A program made the translations under genes and the position numbers. A stretch of 64,000 nt of DNA from Lama guanicoe (taxonomy: Eukaryota): the NCBI GenBank assembly GCA_013239625.1, contig MU053561.1:4881214-4945213 (forward strand), read 5' to 3'. Under the pieces are notes generated by a model, which saw only the letters and a list, made by a program, of their open reading frames with translations, searched no databases and was not told the DNA's origin. Shown here piece after piece: positions 48,530-61,527 of this stretch (position 1 is its first letter; each line of letters opens with the position of its first letter).

Positions 48530-48965
48530 CTGTGAGTTGGTTGGGGTTCTTTGATTGCAAGTCACAGACTCTGCCTTCTAAGCAGAAGAGAAATCCAGCT
48601 GAAGAGGCTCACTGAGTTCACAGAATTGAAAGGAAAGCTGGAAAGACAGGCTTACAAAAGGACCGAGCAAGGGCAGCTCAGGATTCCAGGACAGTCTCGT
48701 GAGGGAGATGGTACTAGGTTGAACCAACTCCAAACTCTTCTTTCCAGCCTTGATTCACTCAGCTCAAGATACAAAGTTCTTGAAAAGAGTCTGATCATCC
48801 TTGGGCCCCATGCCCACCTCTTAGCCCAGGGCTGGAGAGGGTACCATGATTGACACTCCCAAGACTGCACACAATGGGTGAGAGATAGTTCCCCCAAAGA
48901 AACCAGGTGCCATTGCAGTGAGAAGAGGAAACTGATGCTGGGTAGCCCAAAACCCACATGCCTCT
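48530..48965 (-). mobile_element. MLT1 (MaLR) LTR
   Basis: ttggggttctttgattgcaagtcacagac...ctaagcagaagagaa; end gatgctgggtagcccaaaa. Confidence 0.6.
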
Positions 48966-49139
48966 ATGTTCTTCAACCAGACAATGAGCTCCAGGAAGCT
49001 TGGCTCAAGATCTCCCTCTTTCCACTGATACCCAGTGTGGGAACACTCTGCCCTTGGCTTGGTGCTGGGATTGGAAACCTAACTAGAGGATTCTAATGTT
49101 TGAGTGTGAGCGTTCCCAGTCACCTTCTGTTTGCTCCGT

Positions 49140-49765
49140 GTGACCTCTCTTCTTGTATCAACAACCATCTGAATGCTAATGATGCTCCCCAAGCTATGTC
49201 TCCAGACTCAGAGTCTGGGTTCCCCATTGGACATACCCACCTGGGAAGCATTTTTCAGCTCCAGCTTTCCCTCCATTCCTGCTGCCACTGCCTTCGTTCA
49301 GGTTTGCATCACTCTCACTTATCTTTTGTACCAGCCTCTGGTCTCTTTCTTCATGTTCCTTTTCCTTCTACCCAATCTACCCTCTATGTTGTAGCCATTT
49401 ACTTCTTAAAAACAAGCAGATCTTATCGGCTCCCATCCTTAAATGACACCCAAGGAATCCCTTTTCCTCAAAATAAAGTCCATACTCCCTGCCTTCCATA
49501 CAAAGCTTTTCAAGGCTTCTCATGATCTGATCTTAACCAGTCAGCCCATCCACCCCTTGCTGCTGACATGCAACCTTTACCTTGCCACGTGGAACCTCTC
49601 AGCAGACATCCCAAGCCTTCCACTTGTGTGCCCTTCCACAAGCTTTTCCTCTATGGGCAGTGCCCCGACTCACAGTCTTTCCCCAGAAATCTCTCACTCA
49701 TCCTTTAAGACCCAGAGGACAAGATAGAAAATGGGGGCAGAATGACAATGCATTGGATGGATGAA
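49140..49765 (+). mobile_element. L2 LINE fragment
   Basis: aaccatctgaatgctaatgatgctccc (decayed YADD region); ttccctccattcctgctgccactgcc; aaaataaagtccatactcc. Confidence 0.6.
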
Positions 49766-49989
49766 AAAAGTGGAGATTGCCTTGGGGAAGTTTTGCTGTC
49801 CTACTCTGTCAAATTTTATTTCTCTGTCCTCTGTTTCATCAGGTTCACAAGGTTGTAACAAACTCTTTTTTCACAAAGTTCATAAGACATTTACTCCATT
49901 TTAATGTATGCATTTACATGCTTTTTTCACCTCATCACAGACATTTACCAATTTTTTTTTTTGTGCCACCCAGGACCTTTCACATTCTT

Positions 49990-50460
49990 CCTGTGTTTGG
50001 GGAATTCTGTTTCATGAATCCCCACATCGCATTGTGGAAGGCACATACTCACTTTCTCAGCCTCCCTTGCAGCTAATGCACAGCATGTGACCTGGACCAC
50101 CAACCACATATGCCCATTCAGGACCCTGAATCAGAAGCTAGTGCTGTAAGGCAGTGGGCGCTGGAAGGGATGCATTCTGGCAAAGGTGGCTGTGCCTACT
50201 GCAGTCTCAGAGGTAGTGGCAGAAGATTCTGGTGAGAGTTTCTGAGGTCCTGGCTCAGCAATGTCACCAGTTCAGGCTGCGTGTCTGTGCTGACAGGGGG
50301 ACCAGTGGTGTCTCCTCTAGACTAGTTCTGCAAAGGGTTTGGGGGTGTGGTTCCTTGCTGCGTAGTTTCCCAGAGATTTTGTCATCTAACTAATACTCTT
50401 TACTAAATTCATTTTCTGCTTAGAGTTGTTTCTGATTTTTGCAACTAAGAACTTTGACCT
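49990..50460 (+). mobile_element. Old ERV-L LTR (LTR16/LTR33-like)
   Basis: ctcagcctcccttgcagcta...catgtgacctggacc; end taaattcattttctgcttagag...ttgcaactaagaactttgac. Confidence 0.6.
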
Positions 50461-51129
50461 TTTCATCTGAAAAAACTGCAAGAGCAGGAACCACTGCTTG
50501 TTTATTTCTTTATTCCCTGCACACTGTTTGGTGCCAAGTAGCTTCTAAACACATGTTTGTTGAATGAACAACTGAGTTATCTCAAGGGAGGTTACTTATC
50601 CACAGTGCTTGATTTTAATAGCTCCAGGCTGGAGTTTTGGAGCCAAACATAATGTTTATGTTACATGCCTCAGAGATCTGTGTCCTACAGCCTATTTCAA
50701 GGAGCTCAGAACTGCTCAAAGAGGGCTGTTGAACAATCCATCATGTTACTTTAACTTGTATGTAGAATTCCCTTTTTGCTTGACTCTTCCTTAAAGTTCC
50801 TAGTCCTGGAATTTCATCTGATCTCATTTTTTAATCTCCACAGGGCTCCTGTGTTCTCCTTTTTTCATCTTCCCTACACAAATCAATGGAAAGATGAAAT
50901 GAATCTCACCGCCCAAAATATGAAACCATTTTTTGGAGACAGCATAGGCCACTTGTGTGCCCTCTTCTAAGAAGGAACCAGAAATGATTTCCTCTGGTGA
51001 TAGGATACCAGGCCAGTGGCAGAGCAGAACGCTGGAGGTCTCCGATTTCATAGGGTGTTTGGTAGAGTCTGACTTAATTTCCTCAAGGACGAGGCAGAAA
51101 CCGTGGCCTGAATGATAATGCAGTGGGTG

Positions 51130-51525
51130 CATGGTTGAAGTGGAGACCGCTTGCTCTCCACCAAGTTCCCATCTCTCCCTCACCGTAGGAAGGGGCATGG
51201 AGCTGGACCCTGGCTGCTCAGCTGTGTTGCATCTCCCACCTTCCATGCAGTCGGGGGCCCCTGTGTCTATGTTCTCCCCGCTGGTGTGTGAAAAGGACTG
51301 ATGCCTACTACTTCCAGGCCTGGCCCATAAACCTCTCTCACTCCCTCCTCCAGGTTCTTCCTCTTCTTGCTGACTGGAACGGTGACCAGCTGAGCAATAG
51401 AAGCCATGCACTAAAGACAGAAGAATTACCCTCACCCTGGGTTCTGGCTGATGGTGGGAGGACAGCTTCCTGCCCAAGTAGTGCCTCCCTAGACTGTTAC
51501 ATGAGAGAGAAATGAACTGGTACAT
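51130..51525 (+). mobile_element. MLT1 (MaLR) LTR, J/I-like
   Basis: ctacttccaggcctggcccataaacctc...agaagccatg...gactgttacatgagagagaaatgaac. Confidence 0.65.
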
Positions 51526-51689
51526 CTAAGTCTCTTCATTGTTGGAAATGAAGAAATGCACTGGGTTGGCTGGTTTGACAGTCCTGTCTGAAAAACAGTG
51601 ACCATTGCATCCACATGAACTTGGAAGGAGAATACAAAAGACAGACCACAGGGCTCCGTCTTGGAGGCTGACGCAGGTTATTTTAAGCA

Positions 51690-52867
51690 ATAATTCAGAC
51701 AATGCGGTGGAAGTCATGCTTATCAGATTTAAAGATGACACAATATTGAGAGGGATAGCTGGTCAAATTCAAAAAGATCTCAAGAAGCTAAAAATAACAG
51801 GTGGTTATTTTCTAAGCACTTAATGTAAGCCAGGCTCTGGGTTAAATGCTTTCTGTAAATGATCTTGCTTGATGCTTATGATAACCCTGTGATGTAGGAC
51901 TATTATCTCCCTTTCTGAGATGGGAAAACAGAACGTTGAGAGATTAAGTGCAGAGCTGTTAAATAAGAGCACTGGGACTTGAACCTGGGCTCTGTGGTCC
52001 GAACCACTGTGCTGAGGGTTGCCTCGTGTCCAGGTTTGTCTGGAACAGTCCTGGTTATGCCTGCTGTCTCAGTGAGATTATTAATAGCAATAATACCACC
52101 CCTTTCACGCTCAAAAATTTCCAGATTTCGATGATAAATTAAATGGTCCCCTTAGTGATTCTGCCCAATCTAAAACTGACAAGATTAAGGAGAAATCAAC
52201 GTAGAGTTCCATACACCAAGTGTTCAAATATAGAAAATCCAATGAATTTTTCCTTGATTACATTCTATCGAACCAAGAGTACCACGAGGCTGTCAAAATG
52301 ACACTGGAAACTAAACATCAGCATCAATAGGTGTTGCGAGTCTAGAACAAGGGACTGGATGGTTCTGCTATACTTAGTGCTGGACAGGCCAGATCCAAAC
52401 TGTTGAGATCTCTTTGAGAGGGACAACCACAAATTGAAGCAAGTCCAGAGGATGATGCGCTAGTGCAATATCAGGAGACTGAATCACAGGAGGACTGGGC
52501 GAGGGCACAAGGGATGCTCTGCCTGGAGTCAAGCAGACTTCAGGGACATGTGAGCTGTCCTCAGATATCCCAATGGCTGCCACGTGGGGGAGGGATCAGG
52601 CTGATGCCAGCGACTCCAGATGGCAATTCCAGGACTAGGTGGAATGACAAGGAAGCCGATTCCAGCTCAGCTTCAGGAAGAACTTTCTAACAATCTGAGC
52701 TGTCTGACAATATGCCTGCTTCGCAAAGGATGGAGCAGCCGGTCCCTGGTCGTTTTCAAGCCAAGGCAGACTAGACCCCAGTCCGAGATGTAGAAGAGAC
52801 AGCACCTACCCTGGGAAGGGGTGGAACTAGATGACCTCTATGTTTCATTCTCAAATTCTGTGATTCC
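51690..52867 (+). mobile_element. L3/CR1 LINE remnant interrupted by MIR (~51800-52010) and MER94
   Basis: DNAVEVMLIRFKDDTILRGIAGQIQKDLKKL resembles CR1 RT LIKFADDTKLGG..IQKDLDRL; 3' end ggaactagatgacctcta...aattctgtgattcc. Confidence 0.8.
52015..52153 (-). mobile_element. MER94 hAT-Blackjack element
   Basis: gtccaggtttgtctggaacagtcctggtt...attattaatagc...cccctttcacgctcaaaa...gatgataaattaaatggtcccctt. Confidence 0.8.
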
Positions 52868-53399
52868 AACAACAGGTGTAGAAACAGATTGTTGACACCA
52901 ACAGGGCACAGAATTCATTCAGAGTCTGAGCAGAAGAAGCAATCATAGCTTGGACGTTTTTTAAAAAGGCAAGTAGACAGTGCCCTAAATCTGTGCTTTG
53001 CGTGGCCCATGGTCATTAACCATCTCTGAGTTATCAGAACTGCTAAGGCAGGTTAGGGGCTTGAATGAAGCTAGTCAGGGATGACTCTGTACGAGGGACC
53101 AGGAGTTGGGGATTGTATCTTTGCCAGATAGAAGCGTTCCTGGTCTGCAGGGCTCAGGGAAGCTAAGGGAGGGATGCCTGATCAGCCCTCCAGTAGGAAT
53201 AAGGGATAAAGAAATAGAACCATATTTTCCAGGTACCAGAGAGAGCTGAGTGCTTCCAGGGCCTGCACTGTGCCAGCCCTCATGGTTGCCAGTCCCCAGA
53301 GTTCTCACCCAGAACAAAGAAACTTCATTTACCCACAACGAAGTGTGAGGCACTGTGCTGAGGCCAGTGGATACAGTGGTAACACGGCAGAATCTGAAA

Positions 53400-53970
53400 T
53401 TAGGATGTTCCTTAGTTGTAAGTAGCAACAAAAAGAAAACAAACCCTCAAGCTGGTTGAAATAGAAAGGGAACTTATTTGTCCATGCAACTGACAAGTCT
53501 AGAGGTCACTCTAGTTTCAGGCAATGCTTGATCCAGGGGCTCAAATAATGTGACCAGGACTTTGTTCCTTTCTTTCCATTTCTTAGCTCTGCCTGGCTCC
53601 ACTGTTGGCCAGACTCACCCACCCTAAGGCTCACCCTCATTGGTCCTGGGTGGCTTCCAGTATCATAGGAAGCTCCATGTACAGTAGGGGAGAGAGGACA
53701 GCGGTGCATCATTTCTAGGGGGAGCCCTGAGGTTCAGTCTAATTGGACCTACCTAAGTCACATGTCAACCCTGAGCCAATCACTGTGACGGGAAGAGCGG
53801 AGATAAGGGATGCTGGTTAACTCAAGTTCCACACTGGGGCTGGGCTTTGGTGTCAAGCACGCACCAGGCACATGGGCTGGAATGAGGAGGGAGGAGGTTT
53901 CCCGAAGGGAAGTTGAGAAACTGTTTCTCAAAGGAGAGTGAACAAATACCAGGCTGCAAACAGATGCCCA
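53400..53970 (-). mobile_element. MLT1 (MaLR) LTR inserted in an L2 (L2 flanks ~53325-53400 and ~53970-54270)
   Basis: ttaggatgttccttagttgtaagtagcaaca...tttcaggcaatgcttgatccaggggctcaaataatg...gtcacatgtcaaccctgagccaatcactgtg. Confidence 0.7.
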
Positions 53971-54673
53971 ATAGGCAGGAGCCCCTATAGAAATACCGAG
54001 TGATTATGAATCCAAGGTGGTAGCTCCCTGTTGTGGAGGAAACCCTGGGTGTAAATAGAGCAGGGATACCTAGCCCAGACGGGGAGTGAGGTGTTTAGGG
54101 AGGTCTTCCTGGAAGAAGTAGTATTTGCACTGAGACCAGAGGCATGAGTAGGCTTTAATCAGGTGATAAGAGGGAAAGATGGTTCTTGGTAGAGGCACAA
54201 GCATGACCTAAGCCAGTAGGCGAGAAAGCATGACAAGTTCAGGGGTTGAAAGAAATTCAATGAGGTAGGAGCAAGAAAGGATGGGCGGCAGGTGCTCCCC
54301 ACGCTGTTGACTGCACCAGGAAGGGAGGTAAGGATAAACTGAGGGGTGGGAGCCTCATGTGTCCATAAGCCTGCAGCCAGCGGCAGCAGCGGAGGCTGAG
54401 CTCTCAGCATTGGGGGATGCTTGTCCTCTCGCCGTCCCTGACGGACAGCACAGAACCCTGAGGGAAGAGGCACGGTGGTAAGTGTGGGTGAGGAAGGCAC
54501 AGACCCCAGGCTGCCCAAGTCTCAGCTGGGCCTCTGGGGAGTCCCAAGCTAAATGTCACAGTTTTGTCCCAAACTGGCTTGAGAGTAAATAAATGTTCTG
54601 TTAAAGCAGAAACTGAGGTAGGCACTGCATTAATATTTTTCACTGGATATCAAAGAATAAGATAGGATTCTTT

Positions 54674-55092
54674 TTTTTTTTCAATTGAAGTATAGTTGAT
54701 TTACAATGTTGGGTTAGTTTCTGGTGTACAGCACAGTGATTCAGTTATTATTTTATATATTTATATATATATAATATATATGTATATATATTCTTTTTCA
54801 TTAGAGGCTATTACAAGATATTGAATGTAGTTCCCTGTGCTACACATTAGGACCTTGTTGTTTAATCTATTTTATACATAGTAATGTGTGTCTGTTAATC
54901 CCCAGCCTTTAATTTATCCCTCCCACCCCCAACGCTTTCCCCTTTCGTAACCATAAGTTTGTTTTCTGTGTCTGTGAGTCTGTTTCTGTTTTGTAAGTTC
55001 ACTTGTGTCATTTTTTTAGATTCCACATATCATGTGATATTTGTCTTTCTCTGTCTGACTTACTTCACTTAGGATGATCATCTCTAGGTCTG
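54674..55092 (-). mobile_element. 5'-truncated L1 3' UTR with TSD
   Basis: polyT then aattgaagtatagttgatttacaatgtt...gttccctgtgctacac; TSD taagatagRattcttt at 54658-54673 and 55093-55108. Confidence 0.9.
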
Positions 55093-55269
55093 TAAGATAG
55101 AATTCTTTAGAGAAAAGGTTCTTAACCCAGGCTCATTAGGATTTCCAAGGGAGCAGCTTTAGAAATGGTCTAACAGTGACTATGGTCCTATGAGGGTGGG
55201 GCGCATGCCCTGCAGGTGCTCTTGTGCGGGGTCACTGCACTGTTAATGGGTAGACAATAACCCTCAGGG

Positions 55270-55485
55270 GGTGAATGTGGGCTGTGGAGTCAGACGGCCC
55301 TGGGCTCACAGCTCAGCTCTTGCTTTTACTGTGTGACTTCTGATACGTTTTCTCCTCTGTGAAAAGGAGGATAAAGAAAGTATCTACCTCGTGGGATCTT
55401 CATAAAGAGTAAATGAAATTATATCTGTAAATTTCCTAGGATATTGTACCCTCCAAATGGAAAATATTATTATTACTGTGTTAGA
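55270..55485 (+). mobile_element. MIR SINE
   Basis: gggctgtggagtcagacggccctggg...ttttctcctctgtgaaaaggaggataa. Confidence 0.7.
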
Positions 55486-55514
55486 GATGATTTTATCTCT
55501 GTATACATTTAAAT

Positions 55515-56105
55515 GCCATCCATTCATTTATTCTGGCAACATTTACTGAGAATCCTCTAAATCCCAGGCACTGGGAATACAGCAGTGAACAAAATAGACA
55601 AATATCCCTGCCCTCATGGATCTGACCTTCTAGACAGGGAGAGATGGACAATAGACAAACAAAAATACATACAATTTCAGAAAGTGACAAGTGGTCTGAG
55701 AAAAATAAAGTAGAATAAAGGGGATGTTTTTGATGGAGATGGTCATGAAAAGCCCCCACAGCTGATCAGAGACCCAAATGATGGAGAGAGGACCACATGG
55801 GAAGTGTTAAAGGCAGGAGGAATAGCTAGTGCAAAGTGCAGGAATGGGTTTGGCGTATCTGAGCAAGAGCAAGAAGTCTCCTGTGGCAGCCTGAGTCAGA
55901 GGGGTGGGGGTGGGGTAACGTGTGGGGAGGTAGGCAGAGGTCAGAACATGAAATAGGGATGTTGCTCTAAGGTGTGACGGAGGGTTTGCAGAGACTAGTA
56001 ATAGCTCTTGCCTCCTCTATATAAGGACCATTCTGGCTGCTACAGGGGAAACTGGGAGGTGTAGTCCAGGTGACTGTTAAAGGATGTGCATGTCTTTGTT
56101 CTATT
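55515..56105 (-). mobile_element. L2 LINE 3' end
   Basis: ccattcatttattctggcaacatttactgag...ccaggcactgggaatacagcagtgaacaaaatagaca...ccctgccctcatgga. Confidence 0.8.
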
Positions 56106-56110
56106 TTTGG

Positions 56111-56598
56111 AGTGGTAGGCAACCTCTCAGATGCCTTCAATGACCCCCACACATCCTGGTATTCATATCCTTCTGTAACCTCCTCCCCTTGAATGTGGGC
56201 TGGACCTAATGACTCATTTCTATCATATGGCAAAAATGATGAGATGTCACTTCTAAGATTAAGGTATAAAAAGACTGTGGCTTCTGTCATGCTCACATTC
56301 TTGCTGGCTTGTTTGTTGTGAGCTCCAAGGGGCAAGGAGCTGATATCTCCAGTGAGGACCTGCCAACAGCTACCTGAGTGATCTTGGAAGTGGGTCCTCT
56401 TCCAACTGAGCCTTGGGATGACTACAGCCCTGGTCAACACCTTGAAATGAACCCTGTGTGGGACCCTAAGCCAGAGGGACCCAGCCAAACCACACTCAGA
56501 TTCCTGACCCACAGCAACTGTGAGATACTAAAACTTGGTTGTATTAAGTGACAAAGTTGTAGGGTAATTTGTTACATAGCAACAGATAACTAATACAC
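56111..56598 (+). mobile_element. MLT1E/F-like MaLR LTR
   Basis: gtggtaggcaacctctcagatg...ccccttgaatgtgggctggacctaatgac...cagattcctgacccacagcaactgtgagata...gtaatttgttacatagcaacagataactaataca. Confidence 0.85.
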
Positions 56599-56669
56599 TT
56601 GGTATGAGTTAGTAAAGTATAAACTCAGTATAACCAATAAGAAGCATGAGAATAACAAAGAATCACTGT

Positions 56670-56985
56670 GAGTTCTTCCCTCACGGCTCACTCACCTCCC
56701 TCAGACCTTTAGCCAAGTGTCATCTTCTCATTGAGGCCTTCTTGAGCATCCTTTAGAAAATGGTACCCCCACCTCCATGCTCTCCTGCTTCCTCACCATC
56801 ATCTGACACACTATACACTTTGCTTGCTTATTTTGTTTATTACCTATCTCTCCCCAATTCTACCAGCTCCAGAATGTAGATTCCACATGAACAGGGATTT
56901 CTGACCATTTAAATCGCCACTATATTTCCAGTGCCTAGAAGCAGGTATCACACCTGGAATATAGTAGGTGCTCAAAATATGTTCC
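56670..56985 (+). mobile_element. L2 LINE 3' end
   Basis: tatatttccagtgcctagaa...cctggaatatagtaggtgctcaaaatatgtt. Confidence 0.7.
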
Positions 56986-58020
56986 CACACTTACTGCCGT
57001 GCCTGAGCCGGGAAGGTAGGAACAAAAGGGATGACTAGAGTTGGCTGGAGGTTCTGTTATTCTGTTCAGCAGCACTCCACTTCCACAGAGAACAAAGAGC
57101 ATCCATCAAAGCAAACCACAGCGTCTGGGAGGCAGTGAGAATTCCAGAACAGAGAACACGAGCAGCAAGAGAAGATGTGCAAAGGGGGAGGAAATGAAAG
57201 GAAAGTCTAGAGAAGCAAGATTTGAGGGCAGAGCTCAGCACACTGAGCAAAGCTCTTCTTTGCTGTGCGTCGGCCTGGCACATCGGGCCCCCACACCACT
57301 TTCGCTGTGGCTGAATGTAATCAGTCCTAAGAGCTACTACTCCACTGGGTACGTGGGTGTGTACGTCAGGTTGGGGCATCTAATGCATCTTTGAACTGGC
57401 TGCTATGCTCTGTGGTATCTTTTCATTATGTAAGCTCCCTTCCTCCCAATTTTACCTAGAAAAACCAGCACTTACTTTTTTGAAATAGTGTTGGGGGAAG
57501 GGGGAAAGGAATTTGATGGGGAAAGTGAAGCAGGTCCCCATGGAGGGACCTCCAGGGAGCAGAGTTTCAGAATCTCACTTAATCCTTTTGACTGAACGTC
57601 GTTGGCTTCCACTTGAGAGATGATCATGCCGAACTTCCTCCATTCACAATCCTGCTAAACTTTTCTTCAGGCTCCTTAGAAAGCTAATTTTCTCATCCCA
57701 CAGCATCTGTTTCAGGATAGGCTGCTGCCAGCCTGTAAAGTATGTAAATTCTAAAAGGATACCCCTTCTATATGGACACACTCCACCAGCATATGGCTTC
57801 GTGGAAAACTGCTCTCTGTGGGGAAAAAAAAGGCATCCCTTCCCGCAGGACTGGAATTCTGCCCCACCTGCCTCCGTGGCTGGACATCTCATCCACACAC
57901 TGGCCCAGTTTTCAAGTTCTCTCTTGCCCTCACCTACAAACGGGAAGTACTTAAAGAGTAAAACCCTAGACTATCTGAAGCCAAAGAGGGATGTTGAATG
58001 AAGTTGTTAGTGTCCTAGAA

Positions 58021-59226
58021 ACCTTCCTACACTGGTGGTGGGAATGTAGTTTGGTGCAGCCATTATGAAAAACAGTATGGAGATTCCTCAAAAAACTAAA
58101 AATGTAACTAAGCAGGACCCTATGGGGCCTTCCAGGGTCAGACTCCTCCCCCATATCCTCTGCTATAGCTCCTCTCTGAAGTACCCAGGTAATAGTGTCT
58201 CATGTATATTTCCTGAGTTTTTCAGATACTAAAAACCCACTACCAAAAGGAAGAAATTAACTACTTGATGATCTAGAGCACGTGGTCCCCAGACCTTCTG
58301 GCACCTAGGGGTTGATAGTGTTGACTGCACTGTTGCCTCAACATCAGCCAATCAGAGGATTGTGCACGAGCTGATCACATACCCTGAGACCCCCCTCCCT
58401 TACCTGGCCTTTAAATATGCTTTGCTGAAACCCTTTAGGGAGTTCGGGGTCTTTTTGGGTATGAGCCACCCTGTCCTCCTTGCTTGGCCCTGCAATAACC
58501 CTTTCTCTGCTCCAAACTCCAACATTTTGGTGTGTTTGGCCTCACAGTGTATTGGACAGAAGAACTTGTCTTTGGTAACAAAACTTACCACACGATCTAT
58601 CAATCCCACTCCTGGGCACATATCCAGAGAAAACTCTAACTCAAAAAGATACATGCACCCTAATGTCCATAGCAGCACTACTTACAATAGCCAAGACATG
58701 GGAGCAAACTAAATGTCCATCAACAGATGACTGGAGAAAGAAGTTGTGGTATATTTATACAAAGGAATACTACTCCACCAAACAAAGATGAAATAATGCC
58801 ACTTGCAGCAACATGGACAGACCTGGTGATTGTCATACAAAGTGAAGTAAGCCAGACAGAGAAAGAAAAATACCATGTGATCACTTAGGTAGAATCTAAA
58901 AAAATGACACAAATGAACTTATTTACAAAACAGAAGCAGACTCACAGACATAGAAAACAAACTTACGGTTACCAGGGAGGGAAAAGGGCAGGATGGAGAG
59001 ATAAATTGGGAGTTCTGGATTTGCAAGATACTAACTACTATATATAATACAGATAAACAACAAGGTCCTACTGTATAGCACAGGGAACTATATTCAATGC
59101 CTTGTAATAACCTATAATGAAAAAGAATATGAAAAAGAATACATGTATAACTGAAATAGCATGCTATACACTAGAAATTAACACATTGTAAACTGAATAT
59201 ACTTTAATTAAAAAAATTTTTTTAAA
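58021..59226 (+). mobile_element. 5'-truncated L1 with TSD, interrupted by an LTR
   Basis: cctacactggtggtgggaatgtagtttggtgcagcc...aaagatacatgcaccc...3' UTR; TSD core agtgtcctagaa at 58009-58020 and 59230-59241. Confidence 0.9.
58103..58580 (+). mobile_element. Solo ERV1-type LTR inside L1
   Basis: TGTAAC...GTAACA termini, CCAAT (agccaatcag), TATA-like tttaaata; L1 text aaaaactaaaaa|aaacttacca is continuous across it. Confidence 0.85.
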
Positions 59227-61004
59227 AGAAGTGTCCTAGAATCTATAGGAGGAAGATCAGATCCAGTCTGGGAGTAATGCTTAATACCAAGAATTCCAGT
59301 TCCCAGCCCAGTCCACCATAGAGGCAGCTGAGCAGAGGAAAGCGGGTGGTGATGGTGGAGCAGAAGGGCACATCACAAATAGAGAAAGAGACCCTTGTGG
59401 CTTATAAACAAGTGATTGTTGGCATTTTGCAGATCACATTGGAAATGGCAACAACCCTGCAATTGATATGCCCTTTGTCATTTAAAATCTGAACTTTGAA
59501 AGACTATAGAGATCAAGAATTTGATGCAATTAATAACCAGAACCTTGATACCAGAAACAGTCACCTGAACCTGGATCAGTACAAGTCAAGAATTAGGTGA
59601 GACAGAAGAAGCAGATCAGCAGGATCTGAATAACGAATGTAAAATCAGCAAACTCATCAGTTCCTTCCTTTGGAAGGAGTGAAAGTCACCATCGGAACCC
59701 AGCTGCAGTTTTCCCAAGTTAACAGGACAGTAAACTTTAGGTAGTTCTCTTTACAGGATGTGAGACTTGGCCATTCTCAATTCACCTTGGTTTTATCTCT
59801 ATTGAAGTCTAAATGAAAGAACATTTCCAAGCATCCTCATAGATGGAATCAGACTTGGGGAAGAGACCCCCGCTAACCACTGCTGCTAGGATCCTAGTGT
59901 CCAGAGCGGGCAGGGCAAGGAACGCAGCCTCCATCAGGGAATGCCACCTCAGCCAGCTCGCCCCCAGTTCCAAAGGGCCACACGTTACAATGACGCGACG
60001 TGTGGCTGCCAGCCAGGCTGGCTTTCATGTGGCCATCTGTGTGACGGCTTCCTCTGTGTACAGCACCTCCTGGCATCAATAACCCAGCACATTCCTGCTT
60101 GTGCCTTGTGGCTGGCCTGGGGCCATCCCTGGGAGCACCAGCATTGCCCGAGCCAGCTCCCCAGGGCTGGTCTGTCTTGGCCTTGTCTCAACCCTGTGGA
60201 AGCTGTGGGGGTTAGGGTGGGAAGAAAGCAGGGACTAATAAAATTTAAGTAAGAACTAATTTGTTTCCAGGGTGGGAGAAGGCAGAACCAATGTACATGC
60301 CAACATTTTTTTTCCTACTGGTAAGATTTGTCTTTATCTACCTTCTCACCCTCCTCTCAGGGCCCTGCCCCCACCTCCTCCAGTCGGCCAGTAACACCGC
60401 CTTTCACCCTCATCTCCGCAAACTACCTTTTGACAACCCAGAACCTCTGGCCTTGGCCTGTTTAGCATCGTAGGGTTCTATGCCTTCAAATTATTCTTTC
60501 TCTCCATTTTCTTGTTAGGTACACGTGAGGCTAGGTATGGGGAAAGCAATCTGATTAAACTCTAAAACGCTCACTTCTGTGATTGGTGAGAGTTATTTTA
60601 ATTAGTCATAAGCACTCCTTCCCTGCCAGCAGCATGAAGGGCTTCTGTGATAGCTGTGGCAACACTTTAATGCTTCGTACAATGCCGGCTACGGCACCAC
60701 TGCACTCGTTGGGTTTGTGTGAGTGTGTTACTGAAAATAATCCTTTCTTAAGGCGGCAACTGCAGCTCGCTTCTCACGACTTCTTCTTCCCTTCCTCTCC
60801 CCTCTTCTTTCTACTTCTGGGTGTTCCTTTTTTGAAATAAATTATTCCGTGTTCTTTTGACATTTATTCTGCCAGAGAAGGGGGTTCATTGTCACTTTTG
60901 ACTTCCAAAGGTTACTGGAATTTAATTCTGGGACCAATTACTGCCTCCCTGTCCCTGTTTTGTTTGTTTCAAATGACTGAATAGCTCAGCCCTAGTTTTC
61001 TCTT

Positions 61005-61527
61005 TCTTTAAAAAAAGAAAACATTTTAAAATTGGGTAGAAATGCATAACATAAAATTTACCATCTTAACCATTATTAATATAGTTCCAACTATATTCAC
61101 ATTGTTGTGCAACAGCTCTTAGAACTTTCTCATCTTGTAACACCGAGACTCTATACCCCCTGGACTCCCCACTTCCCCTCCTTCCAGCCCCAGCAACTCT
61201 CATTCTACTTTCTGTTTCTAGGAGTTTGGCCACTTTACCTCAGATAGGTGGAATCATGCAATGTTTGTCTTTCAGTGACAAAATACTAATACTTCCACTT
61301 AGTATCATGTCCTCAAGGACATTCCACTGGAGGACATTATAATGTAACATAACATTCTGTAAACATCCATGCTGTAACATGTGTCAGAATATCCTTTTTT
61401 AAGGCTGAATAATATTCTGTTGTATATACATATCACATTTTCTTTATCCATTCATCTATCGTTGGACGTTGGGTTGCTTCTACCTCGTAGCTATTGTGAA
61501 TGATGCTGCAATGAACAAGGGTGTGTG
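61005..61527 (-). mobile_element. L1 (L1MA/MB-type) 3' end
   Basis: cataacataaaatttaccatcttaaccatt...ttcacattgttgtgcaac...tttaaggctgaataatattc...gctattgtgaatgatgctgcaatgaaca. Confidence 0.85.

Noticed and set aside
50824..51525. 233-aa ORF, the longest in the window
   Set aside because: More than half is antisense to an MLT1 LTR, with no recognisable domain; consistent with a chance open frame.
55901..55927. G-quadruplex motif (also 28755-28772)
   Set aside because: Such motifs are common in mammalian DNA and nothing here links them to a function.
55967..56512. 181-aa minus-strand ORF
   Set aside because: Antisense translation of MLT1 and L2 sequence.
59432..59597. Possible exon (ttttgcag acceptor, ag|gtgaga donor)
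   Set aside because: Stops in all three frames and no recognisable peptide. A non-coding exon cannot be excluded without RNA data.
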